Shown here: one piece after another, positions 28,721 to 38,002 of the stretch | Numbering within the stretch: position 1 is the stretch's first letter | How the letters are laid out: each line of letters starts with the position of its first letter | Notes under the pieces: generated by a model | Databases searched by the model: none | What the model was told of the DNA's origin: nothing | What the model saw: the letters and a program-made list of their open reading frames with translations, nothing else | Translations under genes and position numbers: made by a program | NCBI GenBank assembly: GCA_040765825.1 | Contig: JAXGRO010000003.1 | Location: forward strand, 27,262-91,261 | Source: Methanomassiliicoccales archaeon | GTDB lineage: Archaea > Thermoplasmatota > Thermoplasmata > Methanomassiliicoccales > UBA472 | Reading direction: 5' to 3' | DNA: 64,000 nt

Positions 28721-29973
28721 GGCTTCAGCCTCGCCGGTATCTTCTGGCGGCGGAAGAGGTCCCGCAGGTCCTCCCTCTCCCGGGTCAGGGACAGCTTGCG
28801 GTCCGCGACCAGCACCTCGGCGCAGCGCGGCCGGGAATTGTAATTGGAGGACATGGAGAAGCCGTAGGCGCCCACGTCATACACGCACAGCAGGTCCCCC
28901 GGCTCCACCTTGGGCAGGTACCTCTCCTTGGCCAGGTAGTCCCCGGTCTCGCACAGCGGTCCGGCCACATCGTACTTCAGCTCGGCCCTCTGCCCGAACC
29001 TGTTGGCCACCGCCACGTGATGGTATGAATCGTAGAAGGCCGGGCGGATCAGGGTGTTGAAGCCCGCGTCCACCAGTAGGTAGTCCTTCACCGGGGTGGA
29101 CTTTACATCGTTCACCCTGGTCAGCAGGACGGTGGTGTCGGCCACGATGTAGCGGCCAGGCTCGATCACCAGCTGCCTGACGGAGCTGCCCTTGAGCTTG
29201 TCGGCGACCTCGGCGGCGATGGCGTCCAGGTCCGCGCTCAGCTCCTCTGGGCGGTAGGGGATGCCGATGCCCCCGCCGATGTCCAGGAACTCCAGGTCTA
29301 TGCCCAGCTCCCCGCGCACCCTCTCGAATATCTCTACCAGCACCTCGGTGACCCGGCCGAACACCGTGGGGTCGCTGCCCCCGGAGCCGGTGTGGGCGTG
29401 CAGCCCCCGGGGATGGAAGCCCAGCCTCACCGCCTCGGAGAAGGCGGCCAGGATGCCCTCCTTGGGAATTCCGAACTTGGCCCCCTTGGTCCCGGTCACC
29501 ACCTTCTGAGAATGGCCGGAACCCACGTCCGGGTTCACCCTCAGGGAGATGGGGTGATGGCCATCGATGGCCGCCAGTCGCCGCAGCTGCCCTATGGAGT
29601 CCACGTTGATGGGCACCTTCCTCTCCACCACCTGGCGCATCTCCTCGTCCGATACGCTCACCCCGGTGTACAGTATGCGGTCCGGGGAGAAGCCGGCCCT
29701 CAGGCAGGACTCCACCTCCCCGATCGACACGGCATCTATGCAGGAACCCTCCTGCTCCAGCACGCGGAGCAGGGCCAGGTTGGTGTTGGCCTTGCAGGCG
29801 TAGTTGATCCTTGTTGGGAACTTGTCGTTGAAGGCCCTGTGCAAGGCCCGGTAGTTCTCCCGCAGCGCCGCCTCGTCCGTGACCATGACCGGGGTGCCGA
29901 AGCGCCCGGCTATCCTCGTTGCGGGGACCCCGCCGATCAGCAGGGCGTCCTTCTTCCTCTGGAATTCTCTCAT
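28717..29973 (-). CDS. lysA: Diaminopimelate decarboxylase
   Basis: YACKAN, HAHTGS, DIGGG, EPGR, GPLCETGD, GAYGFSMSSNYN. Confidence 0.96.
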   Translation of the reverse strand: MREFQRKKDALLIGGVPATRIAGRFGTPVMVTDEAALRENYRALHRAFNDKFPTRINYACKANTNLALLRVLEQEGSCIDAVSIGEVESCLRAGFSPDRILYTGVSVSDEEMRQVVERKVPINVDSIGQLRRLAAIDGHHPISLRVNPDVGSGHSQKVVTGTKGAKFGIPKEGILAAFSEAVRLGFHPRGLHAHTGSGGSDPTVFGRVTEVLVEIFERVRGELGIDLEFLDIGGGIGIPYRPEELSADLDAIAAEVADKLKGSSVRQLVIEPGRYIVADTTVLLTRVNDVKSTPVKDYLLVDAGFNTLIRPAFYDSYHHVAVANRFGQRAELKYDVAGPLCETGDYLAKERYLPKVEPGDLLCVYDVGAYGFSMSSNYNSRPRCAEVLVADRKLSLTREREDLRDLFRRQKIPARLKP

Positions 29974-31329
29974 TCAAGCACCTATGTACAGTTCATGCAA
30001 TCTCTTTACCACGTCGACGGCCTTCGACCCGCCGACCATGAAGTTGAGGGCGATGTCGGACGCCCCCTCGGATATCAGCTCCACGTTCGCGCCCACGTCG
30101 GCCACGGCGGCGAATATCTTGGCCGATACGCCGCAGCTCTCCAGCATCCCGTCGCCGACCGCGCATATGAGGGCGGCGTCCTCCTTCACCTTTACGGCCT
30201 CCACCTGGTCCCGGAACCCTCGGAGGCGCTCGCAGACCTCCTGTACGGATTCGGACGGCACGACCACCGCCAATGTGGAGAGGGATGTGGACACCGCGTA
30301 TATGGTCACCCCGTTGGAGCTTATGGCCTCCAGTATGCGGGCCACCAGCTCGGGCTGGTAGACCAGCTCGGAGGAGTAGACCTTGACTATGGTCAGGCCG
30401 GTCTTCAGGGCCACGCTGCGCAGCAGGTCCCTGCCACTGCGGCTGAGACCGTGGATGCGGGTCCCCTGGCCCTGGGGATTGAAGGTGTTCTTCACAAGCA
30501 CGGCGACCCCTTTACGCTTCGCAGGCTCGATGGTCCGGGGGTGCAGCACCTTGGCCCCGAAGTACGCCAGCTCCGCCGCCTCGCCGTAGTCCATCTCCCG
30601 GATGGTGCGGGCGGACTTGACCACCCTGGGATCGGCGGACATGAAGCCGTCCACGTCCGTCCAGATCTCCACCTCGTCGGCGTCCACACCGTGGCCGACC
30701 ACCGCGGCCGAGTAATCGGAGCCGCCGCGGCCGAAGGTGAGCGGCCTGCCCCTGTGATCGCAGCCGTAGTACCCGGTCAGTATGGGCACCTTGCCCTCCT
30801 TGAGCAGCGGCACCAGGGTGCGCCGCAGGTTGGCCTCGGTTCCGGAGAGCTCGGCCCCTCCGTTTCCCGGCGGGCCGGTGGCCACGATGCCCACCTCCTC
30901 GGAGGTGAGGGCCATGGAATCCGTGCCCCGGCTGCGCAATATGAAGGACAGGGTGAGCGATGACAGCCTCTCGCCCCAGCTGGCCAGGGCGTCCTGGTAC
31001 ATTATGCGGTCCTCGTCCTGCCTGTAGAGATGGATGAGATGACCGAGCCCGGAGAGGCGGTGCTCCAGCTGCTCCAGGTACTCCGGCCTCAGCTCCTTGG
31101 ATATGTTGTCCCTGGAGGCGTCCAGATGCTTCTGCCTCAGCCAGGAAAGGTACTCCGGCACCTCCCTGCCGGGATCGGCCATCATGTCCAGGAGCGAGTT
31201 GGTGACCCCGGACATGGCGGAGACCACCACCACCCTCTGGCAGTCGTAGGACATGATTATCCCGGCTGTGCGGTCCATGGCCTCTGCGGAGCCTACGCTG
31301 GTCCCCCCGAACTTCATGACCTTCCTCAT
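29974..31329 (-). CDS. lysC: Aspartate kinase
   Basis: KFGGTSV, VVVSAM, GRGGSDYSA, WTDVDG..ADPR, two ACT domains; ATG at 31329 overlaps the dapB stop. Confidence 0.96.
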   Translation of the reverse strand: MRKVMKFGGTSVGSAEAMDRTAGIIMSYDCQRVVVVSAMSGVTNSLLDMMADPGREVPEYLSWLRQKHLDASRDNISKELRPEYLEQLEHRLSGLGHLIHLYRQDEDRIMYQDALASWGERLSSLTLSFILRSRGTDSMALTSEEVGIVATGPPGNGGAELSGTEANLRRTLVPLLKEGKVPILTGYYGCDHRGRPLTFGRGGSDYSAAVVGHGVDADEVEIWTDVDGFMSADPRVVKSARTIREMDYGEAAELAYFGAKVLHPRTIEPAKRKGVAVLVKNTFNPQGQGTRIHGLSRSGRDLLRSVALKTGLTIVKVYSSELVYQPELVARILEAISSNGVTIYAVSTSLSTLAVVVPSESVQEVCERLRGFRDQVEAVKVKEDAALICAVGDGMLESCGVSAKIFAAVADVGANVELISEGASDIALNFMVGGSKAVDVVKRLHELYIGA

Positions 31330-32114
31330 ATTCCGAGGGCCTCCTCCATGTCGTGCACCGCCCCGTCCTTGAGAGGGGCCACGTACCGTATGGCCGCCAC
31401 GCACCCTTCGGCGAAGGCCATGCGGGAGTGGGCCCGGTGGGTCAGTTCGATCCTCTCCCGGTTGCCGGCGAAGATCACGGTGTGCTCCCCGACGATGTCC
31501 CCGGCGCGTATGGCGTGGATGCCGATCTCCCGGCCCCGGGCGCCCACCTGACCCTGGCGTCCATACACCATGCGGTCCACGCCGGTCTCCTGGGAGATGA
31601 GCTGGGCCGCCCGGACCGCTGTGCCCGAGGGAGCGTCCTTCTTCTTGTCATGGTGCAGCTCGAGTATCTCCACCTCGTAATCAGGAAGCGCCCTAGCCAG
31701 CGTCTGGCAGGCCTTCCAGAAGACGTTCACCCCGATGGAGAAGTTGGGGGTGACCAGGGCGGAGGTCCCCTTCTCCCGAACGGCGGAGCGCAGCCTCTCC
31801 ATGAACTCGGGGGATATTCCGGTCGTCCCCACGATCACGTTGGCCCCGGCGGCCACCGCCAGGGGGACGTTCCTCTCCGCCGCGGAGGCACTGGTGACGT
31901 CCACCAGCACCGTGCATCGGCGGCACAGCTCCTCCAGGCCGTCGGGGCCCACCGCCATCACCCCGGGATAAAGCTCCCGTCCGGCCTTGCCGCCCTCGGC
32001 GGAGACCACGGCCCCCACCAGGCGCATGTCCTTCTGCTCCTGGACCAGGGAGCAGACCATGGAGCCAAGCTTGCCTGTGGCTCCTGCCACTGCCACATCG
32101 ATCATCAGCATCAT
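31326..32114 (-). CDS. dapB: 4-hydroxy-tetrahydrodipicolinate reductase
   Basis: GATGKLG, GTTG, NFSIG, ELHHDKKKDAPSGTA. Confidence 0.96.
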   Translation of the reverse strand: MMLMIDVAVAGATGKLGSMVCSLVQEQKDMRLVGAVVSAEGGKAGRELYPGVMAVGPDGLEELCRRCTVLVDVTSASAAERNVPLAVAAGANVIVGTTGISPEFMERLRSAVREKGTSALVTPNFSIGVNVFWKACQTLARALPDYEVEILELHHDKKKDAPSGTAVRAAQLISQETGVDRMVYGRQGQVGARGREIGIHAIRAGDIVGEHTVIFAGNRERIELTHRAHSRMAFAEGCVAAIRYVAPLKDGAVHDMEEALGI

Positions 32115-32123
32115 TCTCCGCGG

Positions 32124-32996
32124 TCACAGCAGCTTCATGTCCGCAAGCGTCTTCCTCAGGGTATCGGCCAGGGCCGGCTCCATGTCGCATAGCGGCAGGC
32201 GGAAAACGCCCGAGGGCCTCTTCAGCATCCTCATGGCCGTCTTGACCGGTATGGGATTGGTGTCCAGGAACAGGTCGTTGAACAGCGGCAGCAGGCGATA
32301 GTGCAGCTCCCGCGCCCTGCCCCATTCCCCCTCCAGGGCGGCGTGGGTCATCTGGGCCATGAGGTCCGGGACCACGTTGGAGGTGACGGATATCACTCCA
32401 TGGGCCCCCAGGGCCATCATAGGGAAGGTCATCAGGTCATCCCCGGAGAGCACGCTGAAGCGCTTGGGCACCGAGGCCAGGATGGCGTTGATCTGGGACA
32501 TGTTACCGCTTGCCTCCTTGACCGCCACGATGTTGGGCACCTCCGCCAGCCTCTTGATGGTGGCCGCGGCGATATTGGACCCGGTTCGGCTGGGCACGTT
32601 GTAAACCACTATGGGCACGTCCACCGCCTTGGCTATGGCCTCGTAGTGGCGGAAGATGCCCTTCTGGTTGGGCTTGTTGTAGTACGGGGATATCAGCAGC
32701 ACCCCGTCCACGCCCAGGTCCCTGGCCCCCTTGGAGAGGTGTATGGCCTCGTGGGTGGCGTTGCTGCCTGCGCCGGCGATGACCTTGGCGCGCTTGGCCT
32801 CGTCCCTCACGATCCCGATCACCTTCAGGTGCTCCTTGTGCGACAGGGTGGCGGATTCGCCGGTGGTGCCGCATGGAACTATGGCGTCCACCCCGGCCGC
32901 CTCCTGCATGCGCACCAGTTCCCTCAATCCCTCTTCATCTATCTCCCCGTCCTCCCGGAAGGGGGTGATCAGCGCGGTGGCGCAACCCTTGAACAT
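32124..32996 (-). CDS. dapA: 4-hydroxy-tetrahydrodipicolinate synthase
   Basis: GTTGES, PYYNKP, YNVPSRTG, VKEASG, NPIPVK. Confidence 0.97.
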   Translation of the reverse strand: MFKGCATALITPFREDGEIDEEGLRELVRMQEAAGVDAIVPCGTTGESATLSHKEHLKVIGIVRDEAKRAKVIAGAGSNATHEAIHLSKGARDLGVDGVLLISPYYNKPNQKGIFRHYEAIAKAVDVPIVVYNVPSRTGSNIAAATIKRLAEVPNIVAVKEASGNMSQINAILASVPKRFSVLSGDDLMTFPMMALGAHGVISVTSNVVPDLMAQMTHAALEGEWGRARELHYRLLPLFNDLFLDTNPIPVKTAMRMLKRPSGVFRLPLCDMEPALADTLRKTLADMKLL

Positions 32997-33419
32997 CTAA
33001 TCAGCTCCGAAATGCTCTTTCAGTATGAGCCTGGTCCTTGTCGACTCCACGTTCTCGTACCTTCGTATGCGTTCGATGATCTCGTTAAGCTGGGGGGAGG
33101 AGGTCACGTCGATTATGGCCACTATGTCCTCCTCGCCGGTGACCTCGTACACCTCCGAAACGCCGTCAAAGCTGGCGATCTGGTCGGCGATCTCCGAGGT
33201 GTTGACGTTAACGTCTATCTTCACCTCCACCAGGGCCTTGACGTTCTTGCTGCTGGTCTTGATGGTGAAGGCCTGGATCACGCCCTCCTCGAAAAGCTTC
33301 TTGACCCTGGACCTTATGGTCCCCTCCGAAACCTCCAGTTCATTGGCTATCTCCACGAAAGCCTTCCGTGAGTCCTTCTTCAGTATCTCGATGATCTTGT
33401 CATCCAAGTGATCGATCAA
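32997..33419 (-). CDS. Lrp/AsnC transcriptional regulator heading the lysine operon (LysM-like)
   Basis: LDDKIIEILKKDSR HTH region and EVYEVTGEEDI RAM domain; TTG start with SD ggagg. Confidence 0.9.
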   Translation of the reverse strand: MIDHLDDKIIEILKKDSRKAFVEIANELEVSEGTIRSRVKKLFEEGVIQAFTIKTSSKNVKALVEVKIDVNVNTSEIADQIASFDGVSEVYEVTGEEDIVAIIDVTSSPQLNEIIERIRRYENVESTRTRLILKEHFGAD

Positions 33420-33437
33420 ATCCGTTGCCTCCTGGTT

Positions 33438-33455
33438 CGAATTTGCATAAATTCG
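33438..33455. promoter_or_regulatory. Palindromic operator candidate CGAATTT-N4-AAATTCG
   Basis: Perfect 7-bp inverted repeat between the AT-rich promoter (about 33470-33495) and the SD of the Lrp gene. Confidence 0.6.
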
Positions 33456-33538
33456 TATTCAAACCACAGTTAATAGTAAAATATTATTAATATATTCCGA
33501 GAAAGCGCGCCATAATTATAAAGATACGCTGCAAAAGC

Positions 33539-33982
33539 TCATTTCCTGACCGCCCGGACCAGATCGAGCCACCGTTTCTCGTCGGCCACCCGGGCCATCA
33601 GAGCCCTGGCCTTCAGCTCGCGGTCCTCCTTTCCCAGGCTCCGCAGCTCGTCCACGGCGCGCAGCAGACCCAGCGCCTCGTGCATCATGCCGTAGGCCCT
33701 CTCCCTCTCCAGGCTTCGGACCTTGAGGTCCCCCTGCAGGGACCTGGCCTTGGCCTCCAGGGCCCTGGCCAGCTCCATGGCCTGCGCCACCGTGTCCTCA
33801 TCAGGGTATTGCTGGGTGATGAAACGGAACACCACTTCCTTCAGCGGGACCTCCCTGCCGTCCAGCACCTCCATCTCCGGTATGTTCTCCCCCACCCAGA
33901 ACAGCAGGGAGTGGAACCTTGAGAGTATCTTGCCCCGCTCCTCCGGGGTCAGGCAGTCACTGTGGCATTCCTCCCCGTTCAT
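33539..33982 (-). CDS. Conserved archaeal helical protein (DUF5788-like)
   Basis: WVGENIPE...VPLKEVV, GLLRAVDEL; ATG overlaps the upstream stop. Confidence 0.65.
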   Translation of the reverse strand: MNGEECHSDCLTPEERGKILSRFHSLLFWVGENIPEMEVLDGREVPLKEVVFRFITQQYPDEDTVAQAMELARALEAKARSLQGDLKVRSLERERAYGMMHEALGLLRAVDELRSLGKEDRELKARALMARVADEKRWLDLVRAVRK

Positions 33983-34920
33983 GCCTCCCCCTTGGCCTTC
34001 GCCGCCAGCCGATGCGCCAATAACATGGGGTCCTCGGGAAGCTCCGAGATCAGGCTGCATACCGAATCCAGCGAGGCCCGGTGTCCGACGGAGGCGAAGT
34101 AGGTGCGGCCGGAGGAGGCGATGGCCAGCCTGCCCGCCTCCTCGCCGTCGATGATCAGCGAATCGCCCTTCATGGCCCCGGCCAGTATGGTCTTGGCCAT
34201 CCCCGCGGAGGCCAGGCCGTTGACCACGCCGAACTGGCAGGCGATGCCCGCCCGCCTGGGATGGGCCATCCCGTGGCCGTCGAGCAGGAACAGCGTTCCG
34301 TCCGTGCGGCCGTCGAGCAGCGCGCAGTAGGGGGCCATCTCCCGATAACCCAGGTATCCTGGCACGTACGGGAAGTTAACCTTCCGGCGGACGGTGCGCT
34401 CCTCCAGCACCCGGCCCCTGCGGTCCAGCACAACCATGGCCGCGAAGGCCTCGTCCCCCCGGTAGGCGATGTCCAGCCCGGCCACCCGTTCGAAGGAGCA
34501 GGCGTCGCCCTCCTTGCAGACCATCGATGCCATCTCGATCTGCTGGGCGGCCATCATGGAGAGCAGGGGCTCCCCCTTGAAGTCCCGGAACAGCACCGCA
34601 TCCAGGTCCTGCACCCTGCCGTCCTGCACCTGAACCCCTTCGGAGCGAAGCATCCCGGCCTTGCGTTCCGTTCCCCTCCCCATGCCCTGGTACCAGCCGA
34701 CCCGGCCGTCCGAGTAGACCACCCGATGGCAGGGGACCGGGAAGGGGCGCGAACGATCGGCTGCCATGATCAAGCCCACGGCGCGCGATGCGGCCACGTC
34801 CCCCAGCGCGCGGGCGATGGCCCCGTAGGTGCTCACCCTCCCCGGGGGTATCTGCGCCGCCATCTCGAATGCGCGCAGGTACAGGTCGTGGTCCTGCAGG
34901 TTGAACCCGCGGTCGATCAT
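33979..34920 (-). CDS. nfi: O6-alkylguanine alkyltransferase-endonuclease V fusion (AGT-EndoV)
   Basis: IPPGRVSTYG..ASRAVG..PCHRVV, then GLDIAY, PYVPGYLGYRE, LDGHGMAHPRRAGIA. Confidence 0.9.
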   Translation of the reverse strand: MIDRGFNLQDHDLYLRAFEMAAQIPPGRVSTYGAIARALGDVAASRAVGLIMAADRSRPFPVPCHRVVYSDGRVGWYQGMGRGTERKAGMLRSEGVQVQDGRVQDLDAVLFRDFKGEPLLSMMAAQQIEMASMVCKEGDACSFERVAGLDIAYRGDEAFAAMVVLDRRGRVLEERTVRRKVNFPYVPGYLGYREMAPYCALLDGRTDGTLFLLDGHGMAHPRRAGIACQFGVVNGLASAGMAKTILAGAMKGDSLIIDGEEAGRLAIASSGRTYFASVGHRASLDSVCSLISELPEDPMLLAHRLAAKAKGEA

Positions 34921-35423
34921 AGCCGGTCGCGGTTCCCGTAGCGGTCCCAGCTGAACAGCTCGTCCGGCCCCTTGCGGCCGCGGGCGGCCGGGTTCTCGTC
35001 CGGGTATCCCAGGGCCATGCACACCGTGACCTCCCGGCCCTTGGGGATGCCCAGGAAATCGGCCATGCGCTCCCTGTCGAATGCCCCTATCCAGCAGGTC
35101 CCCAGCCCCTCCTCCACCGCGGCCAGGGACAGGTGGTCAAGGGCTATGGTCAGGTCCACCTTGGCCCACTTCTGCTGGGGATCGTCCACCCCCACCAGGA
35201 AGGCCGAGCAGTCCGCGATGAAGGATTGGTCCTTGCATATTGGCACCAGGCCCTTCAGGCGCTGGCGGTCGGTCACCACCACCATCTCCCAGGGTTGGCG
35301 GTTCGCGCCTGACGGCGCCGTCCGGGCCATCTCCAACAGATGGACCAGGGTCTCGTTGGGAAGCTCCCTGTACCTGTACTTACGAACGCTCCTGCGGGCC
35401 TTTATCGCTCCTCTCACTTCCAT
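34917..35423 (-). CDS. Nitroreductase family protein
   Basis: RRSVRKY, APSGANRQPW, GLGTCWIG, LGYP. Confidence 0.92.
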   Translation of the reverse strand: MEVRGAIKARRSVRKYRYRELPNETLVHLLEMARTAPSGANRQPWEMVVVTDRQRLKGLVPICKDQSFIADCSAFLVGVDDPQQKWAKVDLTIALDHLSLAAVEEGLGTCWIGAFDRERMADFLGIPKGREVTVCMALGYPDENPAARGRKGPDELFSWDRYGNRDRL

Positions 35424-35473
35424 CTTCTCACCGGTATGAGATTGACGGGGGAGGGCATATGCCTTTTGACCGC

Positions 35474-37021
35474 CTACTGTTCCTCGGCCTTGCTCAGGTC
35501 CTTCAGCCACACCACGGACTGGGGGAAGGGGATCTCGATCTTGGCCTCGTTGAACCTCCTGAGCAGCTCGGTGCGGTAGTCGGACGCCACCTTGAACTGC
35601 AGGTCAAGGTCCTTGACCCATATGAAGGCGGTGAAGTTCAAGGACGAGTCGGCGAAATCGCTGAAGCGCACCGCGGTCTGGTGCCTGTCGTCCGTTATCA
35701 CCTCGGGCAGGGAGGCCGCCGCCTCCTGCATGATCCTTATGACCTGGGCCACATCGCTCCCGTAGGCCACTCCCACGCCCACGGCGATCTTCAGCTTGCG
35801 GTCCGGCAGCACCATGTTGACTATCTTCTTGTTGGCGATGTCGTTGTTGGGCACCATGACCAACTCGTGGGTGAAGGTGTTGTACAGGGTGGTGGAGCGC
35901 ATGCCGATCTTGCGCACCTCGCATATGTCCCCGTTGTCCAGCCTCAGCAGGTCCTTTATCTTGAAGGGGCGGTCGAACATCATCTGCAGGCCGGCGAAGA
36001 AGTTGGCCAGGGTGGCCTGCGCGGCGTAACCGATGACTATGCCCATGAACCCCAGCCCGGCCAGCACCACCGTCAGGTTGTAGCCGAATATGCTCAGTAT
36101 GACCGCGAAGGCCACGGTGGGGATGATTATCATGCCCAGCTTCTCCAGCAGGGGGACCAGCACGTCGTCCACCTCGGAGTCGGTCTTCTCGGCCAGCTTG
36201 TGCCCGTAATAGACGATGACCCCGTCATAGATCCGGTAGATGAGCCAGGCCATGACCAGCACGAACCCCACGGAATAGGTCAGCTCCAGGTTCACGATGA
36301 CCTCGCGGCTAAGGTTCAGGATCTCCAGGGAGCTGATCGCCCCGTAGAGGACCATGAGCAGGAGCACCGGCCCCTTGACCACCTTCAACAGGATGTCATC
36401 CAGCTCCGTGGCGGTCTTGGAGGTCATGGAATGCACGATGGGCCCCGCGATCAGTATTATGAAGAGCGCCACCAGGGCCCAGATGCCAACGCTCACCGCG
36501 AAGGCCCCGACATTGCCGTCCAGGGGAGAGGGCATGTTGTTGTCCCAGATGCCCAGTATCTTGTTGTCCCCGGCCGTGGCCCCGAACACCGCCAGGACCT
36601 TGAGCTGAACGGTGTCGTTCAGGGTGAACACGTTCCCCTGGGCGTTCATCTGGACGATGGTGAAGGTCACCTGGAAAGAGAGCGTGCGGGCATCCATCTC
36701 CCGGACCGTGGATACGATCATCAGTATGGGTTTGGACTCCCCGGGAAAGAGGGTGATGGAGCTTTGCTCGAAGGAAACCGAATATTCTCCGTTGGCCATG
36801 GGGTCACAGGAGGGGGTGATGACGAAGGGCGCGCTGTCGTTGTTGTACAGAATCCATTCGAACGTGGCCGGCTCACCGGCGCTTGTCTCCAACAGATCGC
36901 CGCCCACCGAGAAGGCGTTGACGGGGCCGGCCGAGGCGCTAGGCACTAGCGCTGTCGCCAATACCATGAGGCATATGAGCAACAGGGCGATTCGTCCCGC
37001 AGGCCGGATACCGGTCGACAT
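35474..37021 (-). CDS. MscS-family mechanosensitive channel with N-terminal extracellular domain
   Basis: Signal peptide, beta-rich domain, TM helices, LANFFAG..DRPFK, IGMRST, VPN, GVAYGSD, IPFPQ. Confidence 0.92.
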   Translation of the reverse strand: MSTGIRPAGRIALLLICLMVLATALVPSASAGPVNAFSVGGDLLETSAGEPATFEWILYNNDSAPFVITPSCDPMANGEYSVSFEQSSITLFPGESKPILMIVSTVREMDARTLSFQVTFTIVQMNAQGNVFTLNDTVQLKVLAVFGATAGDNKILGIWDNNMPSPLDGNVGAFAVSVGIWALVALFIILIAGPIVHSMTSKTATELDDILLKVVKGPVLLLMVLYGAISSLEILNLSREVIVNLELTYSVGFVLVMAWLIYRIYDGVIVYYGHKLAEKTDSEVDDVLVPLLEKLGMIIIPTVAFAVILSIFGYNLTVVLAGLGFMGIVIGYAAQATLANFFAGLQMMFDRPFKIKDLLRLDNGDICEVRKIGMRSTTLYNTFTHELVMVPNNDIANKKIVNMVLPDRKLKIAVGVGVAYGSDVAQVIRIMQEAAASLPEVITDDRHQTAVRFSDFADSSLNFTAFIWVKDLDLQFKVASDYRTELLRRFNEAKIEIPFPQSVVWLKDLSKAEEQ

Positions 37022-37116
37022 GTCCTCTTCCCGGGCGGGCGAGAAACTTCGTCCTATTTAGGATTTCTTGAAAGGCAGTGGCAAACCATTAATCGTCATT
37101 CGTCCATGCGCGAGGC

Positions 37117-37998
37117 ATGGAAGAGCTGACCTGGGCCAGGTTAATATTGGCCTTCGCGGTGATGATGGCCGCCTCCATCTCCGATTGGCGTACCCGCACT
37201 GCCGGGGACGGTCATTGGTACCTTCTGGGCATCGGTGGGTCGCTGCTGATGGGCGTTCAGCTCTGGCAGGAGGGCGCCCCCTGGATCTATATGGCATGCC
37301 TGGGGCTCATCACCCTGGTCTTCCTGGACCTGCTTTGGGACCGGCCGGGCATTTTCGAGGACGGCATCAACCCTATGCCCCTGGCTCTGTACGCGGCGAC
37401 CGTGGCCGGGTATGCCTACCTCAGCCTGGAGCATTTCGGTGAGGGGCGCTACTGGACCATGGTCAGCGTTCCCCTGCTCATCCTGCTGTTCTTCATACTG
37501 TACCAGCTGGACGTGATAAAGGGAGGGGCGGACGCCAAGGCCCTGATCGCCCTCTCCCTGGTGTTCCCGTTGTACCCGTCGCTGCCGGGACTGCCCCTGC
37601 TGTCCCTTAACGACCCGGCGGCGCTGACCGTGCTGCCCTTCCCGGTGCTGGTGCTCTTCAACGGGGCCATACTGACCCTGTTGGTGCCCCTGGGCATGCT
37701 CATCCTGAACCTGGGACGCAGGGACCTGCGGTTCCCCCTCATGCTCTTCGGGGTGCGCATGGACCTGGAGGAGGCCCGGGGGAAGCACGTTTGGCCCATG
37801 GAGAGGGTGGATGACGGGCGGTTGAGGACCTCCCTGTTCCCTCGCTCGGACGATGAGACGGACTGGGAGGGGCTGAAGGCCGCTGGCGTGCTGCGCCCCT
37901 GGGTCACCCCCAAGGTGCCCTTCCTGATCCCCCTGACCCTGGCCCTGCCATTCTCCTTGCTGGCCGGGAACCTGCTGCTCTACCTCATGGGCGCGTGA
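37117..37998 (+). CDS. A24 prepilin/prearchaellin peptidase (FlaK/ArlK-like)
   Basis: ASISDWRTR, GGADAK, WVTPKVPFLIP. Confidence 0.87.
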   Translation: MEELTWARLILAFAVMMAASISDWRTRTAGDGHWYLLGIGGSLLMGVQLWQEGAPWIYMACLGLITLVFLDLLWDRPGIFEDGINPMPLALYAATVAGYAYLSLEHFGEGRYWTMVSVPLLILLFFILYQLDVIKGGADAKALIALSLVFPLYPSLPGLPLLSLNDPAALTVLPFPVLVLFNGAILTLLVPLGMLILNLGRRDLRFPLMLFGVRMDLEEARGKHVWPMERVDDGRLRTSLFPRSDDETDWEGLKAAGVLRPWVTPKVPFLIPLTLALPFSLLAGNLLLYLMGA

Positions 37999-38002
37999 CC
38001 GA

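Noticed and set aside
33420-33538. Lysine riboswitch or Lys-rich leader peptide before the dap operon
   Set aside because: The region is short and AT-rich, with only a TATA box and one palindrome
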